NCBI RefSeq assembly: GCF_009914755.1
Contig: NC_060925.1
Direction: 5' to 3' (one strand)
DNA length: 64,000 nt
Source of the DNA: the human T2T-CHM13v2.0 reference genome, Homo sapiens
The notes beneath the pieces were generated by a model, which made no database searches, was not told where the DNA came from, and was given only the letters and a program-made list of their open reading frames with translations. The position numbers were made by a program, and so were the translations under genes. How positions within the stretch are numbered: the stretch's first letter is position 1; every line of letters begins with the position of its first letter. Shown in pieces: positions 41,581 through 56,452 of the stretch.

Positions 41581-42150
41581 AAAAACTGCTTCACAGGACA
41601 CTCTCAGACGACTTCTGATTTTAAAAGAAAATGTAAAGATAAGAGGGGTAGATAAGTAAGAAATGCAACATGGACCAGCCAGAAGCCATGGTTACCCACA
41701 GCCAGGCCCCAAGCCCCTGCCTCCGCCCCCAGGTCAAAAAAGCTAATGAAATCATGGGCTACATCAACAGAACATAATATCTATGACAGGCAGCAATAAC
41801 ACGGTGCTGGTTCAAACCACATAAGGAAAACTGTATCCCCTTCTTGGTTGTACCTTTGAAAAAGATCGTAGTATTTTCATAGATAGAAAACAGAAAGTCT
41901 GTAATGAGGGCTAGTTAGAATAATGAGGAAGAACTAGAAAGGAAAAGACAAAACTTAGAAAATATCTTACATCTTAGGGAGCATTTCTGTCTTGAACTTG
42001 AAGGGTTGCCCCATGTAGAGGAAACACTTACTTTGTGAGTTCCCGAAAGTACGGCCAAGACCATGGTTTGAGTTTACATACGGAGACCGATGTTGGAATT
42101 CAATGTAACAGTTCTGACAATTTACCCCCAGAACTGAAGTCAAGGGCTCC

Positions 42151-43000
42151 TGTGATATTGTGAAATATATATTTGGTCTTCATCTAGTTTCTTGACAAAA
42201 AGCTACTAAAATCCTTGAACACTCCATAGTGATAAGAGTATCTTTTGTTGGCTAATGGTAGCTGGGAGCCCCTAGGTTATTTCAGGATGGGGGCTGGTCA
42301 CTGGAAAGGCCAAGGCATGATTGGAAGGTTGGGACTTTCAGCCCCAGCCCCTAACCCCTAATCCTTCACCTCTGGGGAGGGGAGAGAGGCTGAAGGTTAA
42401 GCTGACCACCAATGGGTAATGATGTAATCAATCATTGCCTATGTAATAAAACTCCCACAAAAACTCAGAAGGACAAAGCTAGGGAACTTCTGGATAGCTG
42501 AAATGTGGAGGTTCCTGGAGGGGTGCATCCAGAGAGAGCATGGAAGCTCTGCACCCCTTCCCCCATACCTTGCCCTATGAATTTCTTCACCTGTCTGTTC
42601 ATCTGTATCCTTTAAAATATGCTTTGTGGTAAATGAGTAAATGTAAGTAAAGTGTGAGCTGCTCTAGAAAATTTAGTCAACCTGAAGATGAGGTCCTAGG
42701 ATCCGCAATTTATAGCCAGTGAGTTAGAAATATAGCTGACAACCTACTACTTGTGATTGATTGGCCTCTTAAGCGGGGTGGGGTCTGGCAGTCTTGTGGG
42801 ATCAAGCTCTTAACCAGTGGGATCTGATATTACCTCTAGGTAGACAGTGTCAGAATTAAATTGAATTAAGGGATACCCAGCTGGTGTCCACTGGAGAATT
42901 GCTTGGTATGTGGGGAAAACCCCTACACAGCTGGTGTCAAAAGTGTCATGTGGAGTGGAGAGTAGAGAGGAGAAAAAGCAATTTTTTATTTTTCCCCTCT
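42151..43000. mobile_element. MER21-like solo LTR
   Basis: tgtgatattgtgaaatatatatttggtc..., collinear with 7645-8484. Confidence 0.75.
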
Positions 43001-43432
43001 ATCTCTTTAGCTCTCCATGATGGGAAATGACCAAGTAGAGACTGGATAAGCATCTGATGGGAACTTGGACTGGATAAACTCCAAAGTGTCTACCAATCTC
43101 AAGAGCTCGTGATTCTCTGGTGAAGGAAAAGAGCTCTTCTAGACACTTCTCTAGAAGTTTGTAAATGTTGGGGAGTCTCTCCTGGAGACCTTGGGCATCC
43201 AAGTTGCCCAGTGTCAAAAAAAAAGTCATCTGACTCTGGCTACAAATTCCATTCATCTGCTTGGGAGGCTGCTTCAAAGCCATCAGCAAAGCAGGGACCA
43301 GGACAAAAAGGCTGGGCCACACCAGAAAAGGGCACACAGCAGTTGCAGATGTCCTGAGTTTGGTATCCCATGTAGCTGTGAACGTGTCACATGCTTTTGT
43401 GTAAGATCAGTCAGCATCACGGAACCATAGAT

Positions 43433-43620
43433 TCTTTTTTAAAAAATAATTTCAACTTCTATTTTAGATTCAGGGCATGCATGTGCAGGTTTTTTACATG
43501 GGTATACTGCATGATGCTGAGGTATGGGGTACAAGTGATCTGATCACCCAAGTAATGAGCACAGTACCCAAGAGTTAGTTTTTCAACCTTTGCCCCCCAC
43601 TCTCCTTCCTCCCTCTAGAA
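43433..43620 (-). mobile_element. L1PA/PB 3' end
   Basis: ttcaacttctattttagattcaggg...catgtgcagg...tcacccaagtaatgagcacagtaccc. Confidence 0.8.
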
Positions 43621-43629
43621 TCCTAGATG

Positions 43630-44330
43630 TAAGCCACCCTAGAGGTCATTGATGCAGTCTTCCACCAACTGCAATTAAAATGTTAAGGGACAAGCAGTTT
43701 ATTTCCCATAAAGGCAATCCAGTTTGACCCTTTATCAGACACAGTTCTACCCTACGTTGAACCAAAATCTGTCATTTCTTCCCCAGTACATGGGTCGGCA
43801 ACCTTGGGTGTGACTCTCATATGTTCCTTGGCCTTATTTTTACTTAATATACTGAGTATCTTTAATTATTTATGATTTAACAAGCTAATTACTCCTCAAG
43901 ATTCTCTCTGGTTCGTCAATGACCTCCTCAAATGCATCATTTAAAATTAGCCCACATATTCTAAATGTGCTCTGACCAGGGCAAAAAAAAAAAAAATACT
44001 GAAACTATAATTACACATTAGGGACACTGTAGTTCTATTAATGCAGCATGTCTTTTTGGCTCCTATTGGATTTATTGCCCACTATAACCCCATGTGGAAT
44101 TCCCTCAAAACAGGCACTATTTCATACAATTACAATTGAATTTTGGGAGACAATGGTTAGATTTCATCTTGCTGTCTTTGCGCGGTTCTGCTAGCTTGTC
44201 AAAATCTTTTTGAACATCGGGAGTATCCACTGCCACACCAGCCTTCCCTGCCAGGTTTGTGTCATCTGTAAACCAAATAAACCTGCCTTCTGTGTCTTCA
44301 TCCAAGTCATTGATAAAAAGGTTAAGGATA
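43630..44330 (-). mobile_element. CR1/L3 LINE fossil with a reverse transcriptase remnant
   Basis: Minus-strand frame EGRFIWFTDDTNLAG...VQKDFDKL resembles the CR1 RT motif KFADDTKLGG...IQRDLDRL. Confidence 0.7.
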
Positions 44331-45403
44331 CTAGATCAGTCATTCACTCAACAAACACTTATCAAACACCTACAATATATACGTAAGGTGCTCAAGACAG
44401 AAACCAGAGGATAAACTGTATTTGTACTGAGGCAGATCCTAAAGTTGTTTGCTTTCTGTTAACAATGAGATGGACTTCATTCCATGAAGATTTAATTCAA
44501 TTCATTAGGTACTTATTGATCACTTACTCTTCTCTTGGCATCATGCTAAGCTTTGTTAAGGAAACAAAGCAACCAAAAGCTACAACCCTGTTCTCTAGAA
44601 GTTTGTCCTCTCAGTAGAGAGGCAAGCTTTGGCACACAGAAAATTTTATGATACAAGACAGGCAGCATTGATATAATTGATGAAATGAGTAGTTCAGATA
44701 AGATATTTGATTCTGGTTGAGGCTTTAATGTCACTTCATTTAAAACTACAACAATAATTATAGATTTTTAGAGTTGAAAGCGATAACAGAGGTCTTCTAG
44801 AACTACCCTCCCCTCCCACCTCATCAATATTACTTTCAATGAATAGGGAGTGCTATCTCTTGAGTAGTTTTACTCTTTGTTCGATCTAATAATTAGAACG
44901 ACATTCTAGCATTTCCTGTGTTAAATCAAAAATTACTTCCCTGTACCTTTCTATCTAAAGTGTAAACACTCAGTAATTTTGTTGAATAATTAAATGAATG
45001 AATTCTAAATCTGTTCTCTGAAACTGGAAAAAAATAGGTCTGATCTAATCATTTGAAGGCAACAATTATGTCCTCATTCAGTCTTGACTTCTTTATCCTA
45101 AACATACACAATTCCTTCATTTGATATGGTTTTGGGACCTCCCCATCCCCACATCATTCTTGTCATTCATATTTTGACTCTGTGCCTGGCATGATACAAG
45201 CACTCAAGATATGTCAACTGAATTAATACATGAATGAATAAACTGGAAAGCTCCAATATGTCAATATCAGCCTCAAAGAGAAATTTCCATAACTGAACAT
45301 ATTGCTGAAAATGTGATCAGAAAGTGAACCTGTTGCAGTTCCCTGGTACTGAGCATTATAATTCTATTAATCTGTAAATGTTACTTAGATCAGATCAGCT
45401 TTT

Positions 45404-45405
<2 letters not shown>

Positions 45406-45436
<31 letters not shown>
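45406..45436. repeat. Poly(T) run of 31 nt
   Basis: Homopolymer. Confidence 0.95.
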
Positions 45437-45438
<2 letters not shown>

Positions 45439-47103
45439 AGGGTTAGGGGCGTGGAGCCAATCCACTAATGCCTCTTATTGATTTTCTAGTGAAGTAAAAT
45501 CTGTAAACCGTTAACATAGGTCCAACTGTATAACTTAGTGATTAAGCCTCCAGACAAATGTTTATCATGAAAGGCTAGACCACAGCATTTATTTCCATGT
45601 GAGAAAGCACAGTATGTCCCTCTGGGTATATACATCTTTCTATGATGATGCTGTATTCTAATCACCATAACACCTAAGCCCTTGGGAAATTCGAAATTCT
45701 ACAGGATTTTGAGGAGGAAGCCTAAGAGGGCGGACACAGCAAGATACCTGGAGGAAAATGACAGGGTAAATTGGCCTTTCTATACCAAGTGTATACCCAT
45801 TAGAATGGGCCCAACTACCCCTGAAGAAGATACTCCATATGTTAGTGCCAGTGTTCCTGACAAGGAGAAATTTCCCTCAAATCAAAATAAATCCAGGAAA
45901 ACCTAAGGCCAATAAGACCAGTAGAAGTTGGGGCTTTCCTGATGCCAGCTTTCTTAAGGCTGCAAGCAAGTTCAGGCAAGAACTATCCTGGAGGTAAAGG
46001 GAGCCGAACACGGCTGCTACAAAGATGCTAACACTGACTAGTGGATGTTAAGCACCCACATTTATTGAACACCAGGCTTTTTATATGCATTCTCTCTCAT
46101 TCTCCAACAATAAACCTATTAGTAGGTATGATCATCACCATTTTATAGCTGTGGAGATTGAGGCTTAGAGAGGTTCCAAAATTTGCCCAAAGTCACAGAG
46201 ATATAGTGATATAACCTGGCTAAGGCACCCCACTTGTCTGTCTCCAAAGCTTTTGCACTTAAGCACCATGCCATAATGGTTTTTCTTCATGTGTTTATTC
46301 ACTCTTTAACAAAGAGTTTATCAAGCACCCAGTGTCCCAGCCTGTGCTAGACCTGGGAATATAGTGGTAAATAAGACATACACTGTCCTTCACACAGTTT
46401 AGCACTCTGAAAAGAATAAGAAACAATCAAACATGTAACTACAATGAAGTAAATATCCCAGTAGGAGAAGTTAAAGGTAAACTCACCCAGCATGAGGGAT
46501 TAAGAGACCTTCCCCATAAAGTTGCCTTTTGGATAAGCTAGCAGGACAAAAGAGAGAGGGAAAGAGGCTGAAAAGGAATAGACTTTTAAGATTTGAGAGT
46601 AGGTGAGACACAACGACAGGTGCTAGGGCCTAGTAAGGCTGGAGTGAAGGGTGGGACTGATCAGAAACTCCCAAAGAGGCCAAAGGGATGGATAGAGTGA
46701 GGTTACAGGGGGCTTGGAAATGGACTAGAATTGGCAATGGCAAGAACTAGTAAGGTCACATAGATGTTACCTAATTGGATCTCACAGATTCCTATGGATA
46801 AGATGAATGCTGAGCTGTGGGGACCAACACTCCAAAAAGGCATTCCATGTTTAATGTAGTCAGTGTTAATTTAATGTAATTTCTCTGACCTTGTGAAACC
46901 TGCCCTATAAAATCTCTTAACCTCGCCTGTCTCCTCTCTTTCGCCAACCCTCAAGGCAGTAAGAGGGAGGGTCGAGCGGGTGGTGAGGAGAAAGAACGAA
47001 ATCATTCTAGTGCCTTTCTTTATGTGACCTGCCAAGCCTTAGATAGATTCCATCTTTCCCACTTGACAAATGAGGAAACAAAAGCTTAGGGCAGTTCAGT
47101 GAT

Positions 47104-47596
47104 TGTGGTAGACTGAATTATTGGTTCCAATCCATCATCCTCTTTAATAGTATTATGTATCTATACCTGGGCAAGGGTTTGTGGTGCATGGAGTATATTT
47201 CTCCTCCTCTTGACTTTGGATTTGATATTGCCATTTGCTTTGGCCCATGGAATATTAGCAGACATGATGTGTGCAGAAGCTTGAAATGTGCTCTGTGGTT
47301 GGGCATGCCTTCTTGCACTTTTACCACTGTCAGAAGATCATGCCCTGCAGCTGCTGTTCCCCAAACCTGGATCCTGGAATGAATGGCACAGAGTATACCT
47401 AAACCTTGTCTACAGGCTGGAGCTAAGCTCAGCTGAGATCAGCAGACTCCAGCTAACTGGAAGCCTGAAGCAAAGTCCAGTTAACTCCAGTTAACCCGGA
47501 CATTTCTGTGTGTGTGTGAAGTGTTTATGGTTGTATGCCATGGAATTTGAGGGTAATTTGTTATGCACCATTGTCATGGTAATCACTGACTGATAA
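47104..47596 (+). mobile_element. MLT1-type MaLR solo LTR inserted in a MIR
   Basis: tgtggtagactg...actgactgataa termini. TSD gtgat / gagat. Confidence 0.7.
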
Positions 47597-47763
47597 GAGA
47601 TTACTCTGAGCTTACAAAGAAAGTTCCTGAAATACACAGAACTGCCTTGCCATGGAGCTAGGCTGCCCTGGAGGCTGGCCATCTAGGGAAGAAACAATGC
47701 AGACAGCCACCCAACTCCACTCTACCCACCCCACCGCAGCCCTGCCCACCACCTGGCACTCAC

Positions 47764-47996
47764 CTGAGTCTGAGGCTGCTGGGCTCACCAGGCTGAGCAG
47801 CTCCCGCTCCTTCTCATAGTCCCCTTTGCAGAGCAGCTGCCCCTCCTTCAGGACAAACTCATCACCCTTCTGAAGCTGTCGCTCGCAGACACAGCAGCAG
47901 AAGCAGCTCAGGTGGTATACACTCTTCTGGGCCCGCATAACAAACTCATTGGGAGCGATGGCCTCGAAGCAGCCCCCACATTTAACAGCAAACAGC
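47764..47996 (-). CDS. LMX1A: LMX1A coding exon 4 (233 bp), second LIM domain
   Basis: Encodes [77 protein letters not shown] with LIM C/H spacing. Acceptor ccag|G, donor CAG|gtgagt. Confidence 0.98.
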
Positions 47997-48204
47997 CTGG
48001 CAGCAGGGAGAAAGGAAGTACATGCACCATGAGTAAAATCTGGCTTGGTCCTGGGTCTCCCCTGAAGTCAACAGCAAAAGGAACTTCAAGAACTGGGATA
48101 TGAACGTTAGAATGGAATGTACTTTAAATCCAGGTTATTTATTCCCTGAGGAGATTGAATTGAAGCATTCAGTTGAGTCATTCAAAGGCTTAAGAAGGGT
48201 GTCT

Positions 48205-48618
48205 GACTGGATAAAGGAAATGTGGTACATATACACCATGGAATACTATGCAGCCATAAAAAGGAACAAGATCATGTCCTTTTCAGGCACATGATTGGAA
48301 CTGGAAGCTATTATCCTCGGCAAACTAATGCAGGAACAGAAAACCCATCACTGCATGTTCTCACTTATAAGTGGGAGCTGAACAATGAGAACACATGGAC
48401 ACAGGGAGGGGAACAACACACTCTGGGGCCTGTCAGGGGGTGGGGTGGGGGAAGGGAGAGCATTAGGAAAAATAGCTAATGCATACTGGGCTTAATACCT
48501 AGGTGATGGGCTGGTAAGTGCAGCAAACCATCATGGCACACGTTTACCTAGGTAACAAACCTGCACATCCTGCACATGTACCCCAGAACTTAAAATAAAA
48601 TTAAAAATTAAAAAAAAA
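48205..48618 (+). mobile_element. L1PA 3' end
   Basis: gaatactatgcagccataaaaagg...acctgcacatcctgcacatgtacccc...A-tail. Degenerate TSD aagaagggtgtct / aagaggagtatct. Confidence 0.92.
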
Positions 48619-49437
48619 GAGGAGTATCTGAGTTAATGCCCAGAATGTATTTGCTGTGGTTCATGACACAGTGCTTTCAAAGGTTGGTCTACAGACTGGC
48701 GCCAGGCAGGCTGTTCAGAATCCCTGGGGGAGCTTATTATTTAAATTATTTAAATCAACAATAACAAAAATGTCCAGGCCCACTCTTATCAGCATATAAA
48801 AGGATGTGCCCCAGATTGTGAATTCTTAATAAGCTCTTGAGGTGTGTAAGAGCTTAAATGTGTAGTCTAGTTTTTGAGAAACTGCATCCCAACTTCCCAG
48901 CCTGATATTCAATAGATTCAGCCTATCTCTCAAGACTTAACTCTTCTTTCATTTATTTTCAACACAACAGTTAGACTATCTATTATATATGCCAAGCCAA
49001 AAGCAGTAAGTGCTAGTGATATGAAGATGAATAAAGGAAAATCCCTCTCAGAATTGAGTTCAGGCTAATGGAAGAAACAGACATATCCAAATAATTAAAG
49101 TAGAGGGCTGTGGGAGTACAGAGGGGAAAACAACTAACCTGCAGGGAGTGAGCAGGGGGTGCATTTAGTATGTATTCAATACATATAAGTCAAACAAAAG
49201 ACAGTAAGGAAGCCAGGCTGGCAGGCACAAAGGGGTGGGAGGAGGGACAGTCCCAGGGGAGGGAACAGCCTGTGTGAAGGCCTGGAGCCACGAACAGGCA
49301 TGGATGCTCAGGTTGTAAGGTGCACTCCACCAAGTTAGAGGCAGGTACCTCCAGAAAGGTGACAGGTGAGGTTAAGTCATGACCCAATCACACACTAAGG
49401 AGCTGGACATCATCTGGCAAGCAATTGGGAGTATTGA

Positions 49438-49738
<301 letters not shown>

Positions 49739-52700
49739 CTTGAATGGTTTTTTAACACGGTAATATCCAAGTTCTGGAAAAGGAACTCTTGGCTGTATGA
49801 AAAGTGGAATGGAAATGGAGGTAGCAAGATGAGTGAGCAGCTGAGAAATTATCAGGGTCAGGACTCATACAGCAGAGGTAAGACAGAAAGAAGGGGGCAG
49901 AGCCTACAGCTGGAAGATAGGAAAGCATGGGGCATGGCTCCCAGGGTCCTGGTGGTCAGAGCTGGCAGGTAATGATAATGCCAAGACTCCAGTATACAAA
50001 ATTACTCATTTCCTACCTCTGGGCCTGTTTATGCCATTTCCCCATTCTAGAAAGCCTTCCTTTCCTGTTTAATATATCTGAACCCAAACCACCCTTCAGG
50101 ACACAGCAGCTTCCATCTTCTCCTTGAATCCTGCCCTGATCTGTGCCCCCTAGCCTGAAGTGACTGCCCCTCCTTTGAATGATGATACCAGGAACTATCT
50201 CTGTGGGTCATTCCACAGTTATCCGGAGATGTCTCAAAACTACAATATGAAAAGTGGTGGGCACTGGAGGCCTGGGCTCTGCTGCCAGCTCTACAGATAA
50301 CCATGCAAAATCTTGGGCAGGTTGTTTAGCCCGCCCCTTCATATTTCCTTTTTTCTGTCTGTTGTTAAGATGTTAGGCCAGTCTCCTCCAGCAACAAAAA
50401 TTCTACCATCAGAGTTTGCAATTGCTGGCTCAAAATATTATCTTACTCTTGCCTTATTATTTTACTTTTCCCAAGTTTATAACTTATCTTGTCAACAGCT
50501 CCTATTTCAAGAACAAGGCCTATGGAATATTTATATACTCTCACACATGGTGGGTACTCACTAAAAGTTGATATTATTTGACTCATGGATCTAATTTGTT
50601 CACCCTCTTTCTGAAATAACATAATATATATAAACAGTCTAGCATAGGAGCTGACACATAATAGATATCCAATAAAGATGTCTCTCTTCTCTTCCTTGTC
50701 ACTCCAGAGAAATCATAGTTCAGGGCAACCTATGAAAAAACTAAAATTTAAAGCAGATCCCTCTGTTTCTTTTTTCTTTTTAAAATTGCTTGATGATACC
50801 ATAATTGCATTTGTCACAACTTTGGCATAAGCACAGAGACAATATACCCTAAGAATATCTCTGGGATTCATTCACTATAGCATTCATTTTACTATTTCCA
50901 AAATAAAGAGGTTTTTTTCTTTTTAAAGTAGCAGCAAAATAGAGGCAAAAATACTTTCAAAAACACTCTTTTCATACCCACATGACAGAGAAGTCAGTAG
51001 ATACGGAAAGGTCAGATAGCGTACAGGAGAGAAAGTCAAGGGGGCACAGAATGGCCAGAGAGAGCAGATAAAACTCCACACCACTCTCCTCTTTATAAAG
51101 CTAGATATGAGCTGACTCAGAGCCTATCCAGGGAGATGAGGCCACCTTGCTCTGCTAATGAGCCCCACCCTGGCAGTAGCTAAGAAAACATGAACAACTG
51201 AAGAGCATTTTCCTATACACAGGCCAACTACCATGATGGCCTAAGGGTTGCCAATCCATTCACTCAAAATCTCATTCATGCACTCATACAATCATTTATT
51301 CTTTTCATTCATTCTTTCATTTATTCAGAAGCATCCACTATGCACCCTGAAATATACCAAACTCTGTGTCTTTATAGGGAGGGCAGGAAAAGAAACCACC
51401 ATCCCAACAGCATTCATGTACATAAACAAGTATATACTGAGTGTCTGTTATGTGGTAGAAATTGTTGTAGGCACAAGAGGATACAAGACAGACAAATCCT
51501 TGACCTCATGTAGCTCGCATGCTAGTGGGAGAGAGTAAACAAACACATAAACGAATAGATAAATCATATCTACATTTAGGGATTTACCTTTAGGAAACAG
51601 GATAAAAGAACAATACAAAGCAATGTCCCATGAATATAAAATAGAATGGCATAAAGCTATAGTATATATAATTATAATATTTAATCACCTCCCAACTCTA
51701 AATTGTGCGGGTTTATGATTCTAAGTCAATACATGTGCACTGTGTGTTTATCTTGGAAGCTTCCTGGAAGAAGACAAGAGTTTTGAGGGTGGAATGAAGG
51801 GGAAGCTAAGGAGAAGTTCCCAGGGAGGCATTACTCACAGGTTGACACAAAAAAAGAGGGCCATTCTAATTCTTTGAGTGAAGGAAGGCAAGGCTTGGAA
51901 AAGATGATGAAGCCACCTCTCAGGAAACAGCCTCCTGGAACAGAGGCCAGGCTGCAGGATTGGAAGTGCTTGTGCTGTGTTACTTTCAACAGCTGCCTGG
52001 AAGCACCACACCAGTCCTCCTTGCCCTTGGCCATCAGAAGCACCTCAGAATAACCTATCTCGATATGCTTCTCCTCTGCCTCTCAGCTTCAGAAAGGAAG
52101 TGAAATTGGGGGATAGTCCAAGGGGTTGGAATGGCTCGTTTATCACTAACAGGTATGGTAGAGCCTGGAACTCCAGGTTCCAGCTGCCCTTCCCCTGTCC
52201 TCTCGCCCAGTGTGGTTTTTCTCTCTATGTCTAAACCTCTGGCACATCAGTCCTTTGACTATTTGCCTTGACTCCCTCTCCCCTATGCTGGATGCTGTCA
52301 TTGGGCAGAAAATCCACCCAGTTCATCCCTGGGCCCCAAGTCCCCGGTTGCTGTTTGCCAACCTGAGCAAACTAATCAATGCTTTTCCAGGAGCTGGTCA
52401 AAGGCCCTTTGTCCCCAAGCTCTCCTTCTCCTCCCCTTCCCCTGGAATTAACTGTTAAACAGACTCAAGGCAAATGCTCCCAGGGAGTCAACAAGCACTT
52501 GAGAAGCTGCAACAGCAGGTGGTAGCATCTGTGCTTGTCTAACTTCCACCCTGCTAATCTCCTCCTCTTTTTCTTGCTTTCTTAATTTCATCCCCCACTC
52601 CAAAAATTTCCCCCAAGTTGGAGAAGGGAGGGTTGGAGTGAGTTCAACAAAGAAAGCCCACCATGTTGACTCAGGAGTCGCTAGAGGAAGTGGCGGGAGT

Positions 52701-54049
52701 TGTCTGGGCTCAAATCCTGAAATGGTCATGGTCACTGGGGATTACAGACCAGGAAGAGTGGGGCAGTCCTGTTTTTTTCTTCTCTCCTTCTGTTTTTCCC
52801 TCCCTTTCTGGGTTCAAACCAGATCAACTTCGTCTTACTACCTTGACTCCTGTTATCTTCACTAACCCCAGAGTAATTCAAGGAGAAAAGGTGCATGTGG
52901 TCCACCACCTGTGTGCCAGATGTATACACAGCTGTACGGCTACCGCTGTGGACCCAGCTGCTGACTGTACACCTCCCACAAGTTGTTTTCTCTAAGGCTC
53001 AGACAAGCAGAGAAAAGGGTTTGTTCAAAAGTCCAGGTCATAATTAAAACACAGCCTGTCTCTTCCTAATGCTCTGGATGGCATCCCCCATGGTTACTTC
53101 CCCCACTGAATGCTAATGAGACATCGCTGAGGGTTCAGAGCCTGGCAGCCTGGCTGTGCCCTGGCAAGCTGGAAAAGGCTTCCAGAGATGTCCAGCTCAT
53201 CAAGGCATACATAACACCACCCAACTTTCCTTGATGTCATAAATTCTCCTACCCCTGAAAGCTCTGCAAATGATTCCTTATCTCCTCTTTGCATTTAATT
53301 CCCTCACCTGTAAAATGGGAATAATAGTATCTACCTCCTGGAAAAGCATCCATGGCAGTACTAGTTGCAGAGACTAAGCACTCAGTGCTGTTCCTCTATT
53401 GATCACTCTCTGTGGGGAAGGCTCTGGGGATGCCGTGATAAATAAGGCTGTCCCTCTCCTTAGGGAGTTCACATTCTCTGGAAGGCAGCAGACTCTAAAT
53501 AAATGACCTCAGTAGGATGTGTTTGGGATATGCAGAGAGAAATAGCTGGGAATAGCACAAAGAAGAGACCTATGCGCTTAGCTTAGGCTAAAGGTCACAG
53601 AATCTTTTGTCTCACACTTCATCTTCTTTTCTTCTTTCTCCCTGCACCTCCTCTCACTCTCTCTTTTCCACTCACTCTGCCAAGCAGGAAAATAGAGGTT
53701 GGCTGAAATGCTATTCAATGCCTTGCTTACATCTCTTCTTGCACAGCTGCAAGCTATAAGATGCATAACTTTCAGTTTTGGTGAGAGAGCCTGGGTTCTC
53801 AGGTTCTGCCACATCCAGGCAGCATGACTGGGAGAACACCACTTCATCACTTGCTGCCTCCGTTTGCTTTGATGTAAAAGGTAATAATGATGCCTTCATC
53901 TCTGGACTAATGAGGATTAAATGTACATGGAGTACTTTGTGACCTATAAGGTGTAGTGCAATTTTTTGGGCCTTTATCATTTGACCTTTGCAGATTTTTC
54001 TTTCTTGCCTCAAACATCGTTCTTGTTGCTTAAGAATTTTATGAGTTCT

Positions 54050-54340
54050 GGTCAGGTTCAGTGGCTCACGCCTGTAATCCCAGCACTTTGGGAGGCCGAG
54101 GTGGGCGGATCACCTGAGGTCGGGAGGTCGAGACCAGCCTGGCCAACATGGTGAAACCCTGTCTCTACTAAAAATACAAAATTAGCCAGGCATAGTGGTG
54201 CATGTCTGTAATCTCAGCTACTCAGGAGGCTGAGGCAGGAGAATCGCTTGAACGCGGGAGGCAGAGGTTGCAGTGAGCCGAGATCACACCATTGCACTCC
54301 AGCCTGGCAACAAGAGCGAAACTCCGTCTCAAAAAAAAAA
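54050..54340 (+). mobile_element. AluSp/Sq-like SINE
   Basis: caacaagagcgaaactccgtctc. TSD aagaattttatgagttc / aagaatgttgtgagttc. Confidence 0.93.
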
Positions 54341-56452
54341 AAGAATGTTGTGAGTTCCATTCTAAGAGAACACTTCCTCCGCAGCATGAGCGTGGGCATG
54401 ACTTTGACATGGGCATGACTGCATCTCCAGAGCATAGTGCTGACCCAGAAGATGAACCAAGGAGACACACTGCTCGTGGTGCAGGCAGAACATGCTCCTT
54501 ACACCAAGCCGTGGGCGTCTCTCCCTCTCTCCACCAAATCGGATCGAAGCAGTATTTCTTGTAACCAAACTCAGCCATCCTGCCCTAGGTGAGGTGTTGG
54601 GGAAAGAACACGGGACTTGGCATGAGAAATCTGGGCTCAAAAGTGCTGCCTTTTCCAAGGGACCTCAGAAAAGCCACCACCTTTCCCTGAATCTTGGTTA
54701 TCTTATCATCCATTTCTCAATGGAAAAGTTCTGTCCTAGATCAGAGTTGTCAAGAACTTAGAGGCTGAGGAGGAAGGATGACTCTGTTTCCTAGGTCTCC
54801 ACACACTTTCAACCAGAGAAACCCACTCCATTCACACCTAAATTCAGGTCTCCAGATAGTGTTTTACCATGACACTGCCTTGCTATGGTAATTCTTAAAC
54901 AAAATCTTTTCCAGAACCATATCATTCAAATATATATAAATATAAAACAGCTAAAGCCAAAAGACATGATATCTATTCTATTAATAGAAGAGTATCATTG
55001 GAAGACAACATTTTGCTCCTAAGGCAGGTTGGAAACCCACTAGGCTGGATAATTTCTTACTCCCATTTTTATATTTCAAGCTTTTATTACAGGAGTTGAG
55101 AAGCCTCCTCTGTAACCAAGGAGACAAGAATGTTTCAAAAGCACATATGAAGGTTTGATGCCTGAGAAACTACTAGTGGACAAGTCTATGACAATCAACA
55201 AAGAAGCACTGAATTTCGGGATGCAACAGCACACCCCTGTACTGCAGGCATTACGGTAGCAAGATGACAACACACCGAGACACCCTAGGGACTCCTGGAT
55301 TTCAGTGCCTGTTGTGTAACCTTAGGAAAATCACCCTACTGTTCTGAACATCAGTGTCTTCATTGTTAGAACATATTTCAGCTCCAAAAATCATATTTCT
55401 GCAAAGGAAGGGGGCTTGTGGAGGACAGGAAAAAGAGAATTAATCTTTATTGAGTACCCACTCAGTGCTAGAAAGTGTGATATTCTTTTTACCCATTATC
55501 TAACTAAATTTGTGGGATGGGGTAAATAGAACTATTTTATGAACTCAAAGAGAATCTGACCATATTTCAGTTCTCTCCGTAGGAGAGAACCACTCTGGGA
55601 TGGCGAACTCATGGGTCCTGTTTTGTATTTCTCTCTCACATGCTCTCTAGCACTGTCTTCATAGGAGAAACATGTAGAAAGATCAAGCAGTTAAGATGGC
55701 AGCCTCAGCTCATGAGGGGGTCACGAAACAGGCCCATGGTTTTGTAGAAGGTCTTGAGACTCCACTGCAGACATGTAGGTAGGTGAAAGGCAGGAGTTAA
55801 AAAAAAAAGTTGATCCCTTGAGGCTACTCAGCTCATGGACCCCAAAATACCCAAAGGGATTTCTGAAAGAGGCCTACCCTCTATGGATGTGGGTTAGGAA
55901 CAAATAGTGTGTGGGGACACTCTGACCCAACACCACCAGCCAAGAGTCTACTGTGACTCCAAAGAGATTGGGAAACAAGACAAATCTTGCTGGAACCCCA
56001 TTCCCTTGGGAGCCTGGCAAGTCAGGTCATTCTTTTCAAGATATAGGCAGAAATGTAGCCAATGGGGACAGGGTTGGACCCAGGAAGACCTGAGGAAGTC
56101 CACCCAGAGAGAGGCTAAGATCTTCATCAACCTCATCCCAAAGTCCTGCAGACCTTAAAAAGAGCTTCTCAAAGCCTCCACAACATAGACAAAAAAGCAG
56201 AAGGATGGAGGACAAGGCAAACCCATGAAAAACCCTGATGCCAGTTTGAGCCAACTGTAGTGTACTGTGTTTGCCCCCACCAAAATAAGAAATCACAGCC
56301 ATCTGTAGCTTTGGACAGTAGTCTACTACAGTTCAGCTGTCTTTCTCCAGGCACCACCGATATGAGTTTTGATGAGATATATGAACCCTCCGGTTTAGAA
56401 AGTAACAGAGGGTTTGGGGCAGCTCTTTAACAAGGCAGGAATCTGTGTATCA

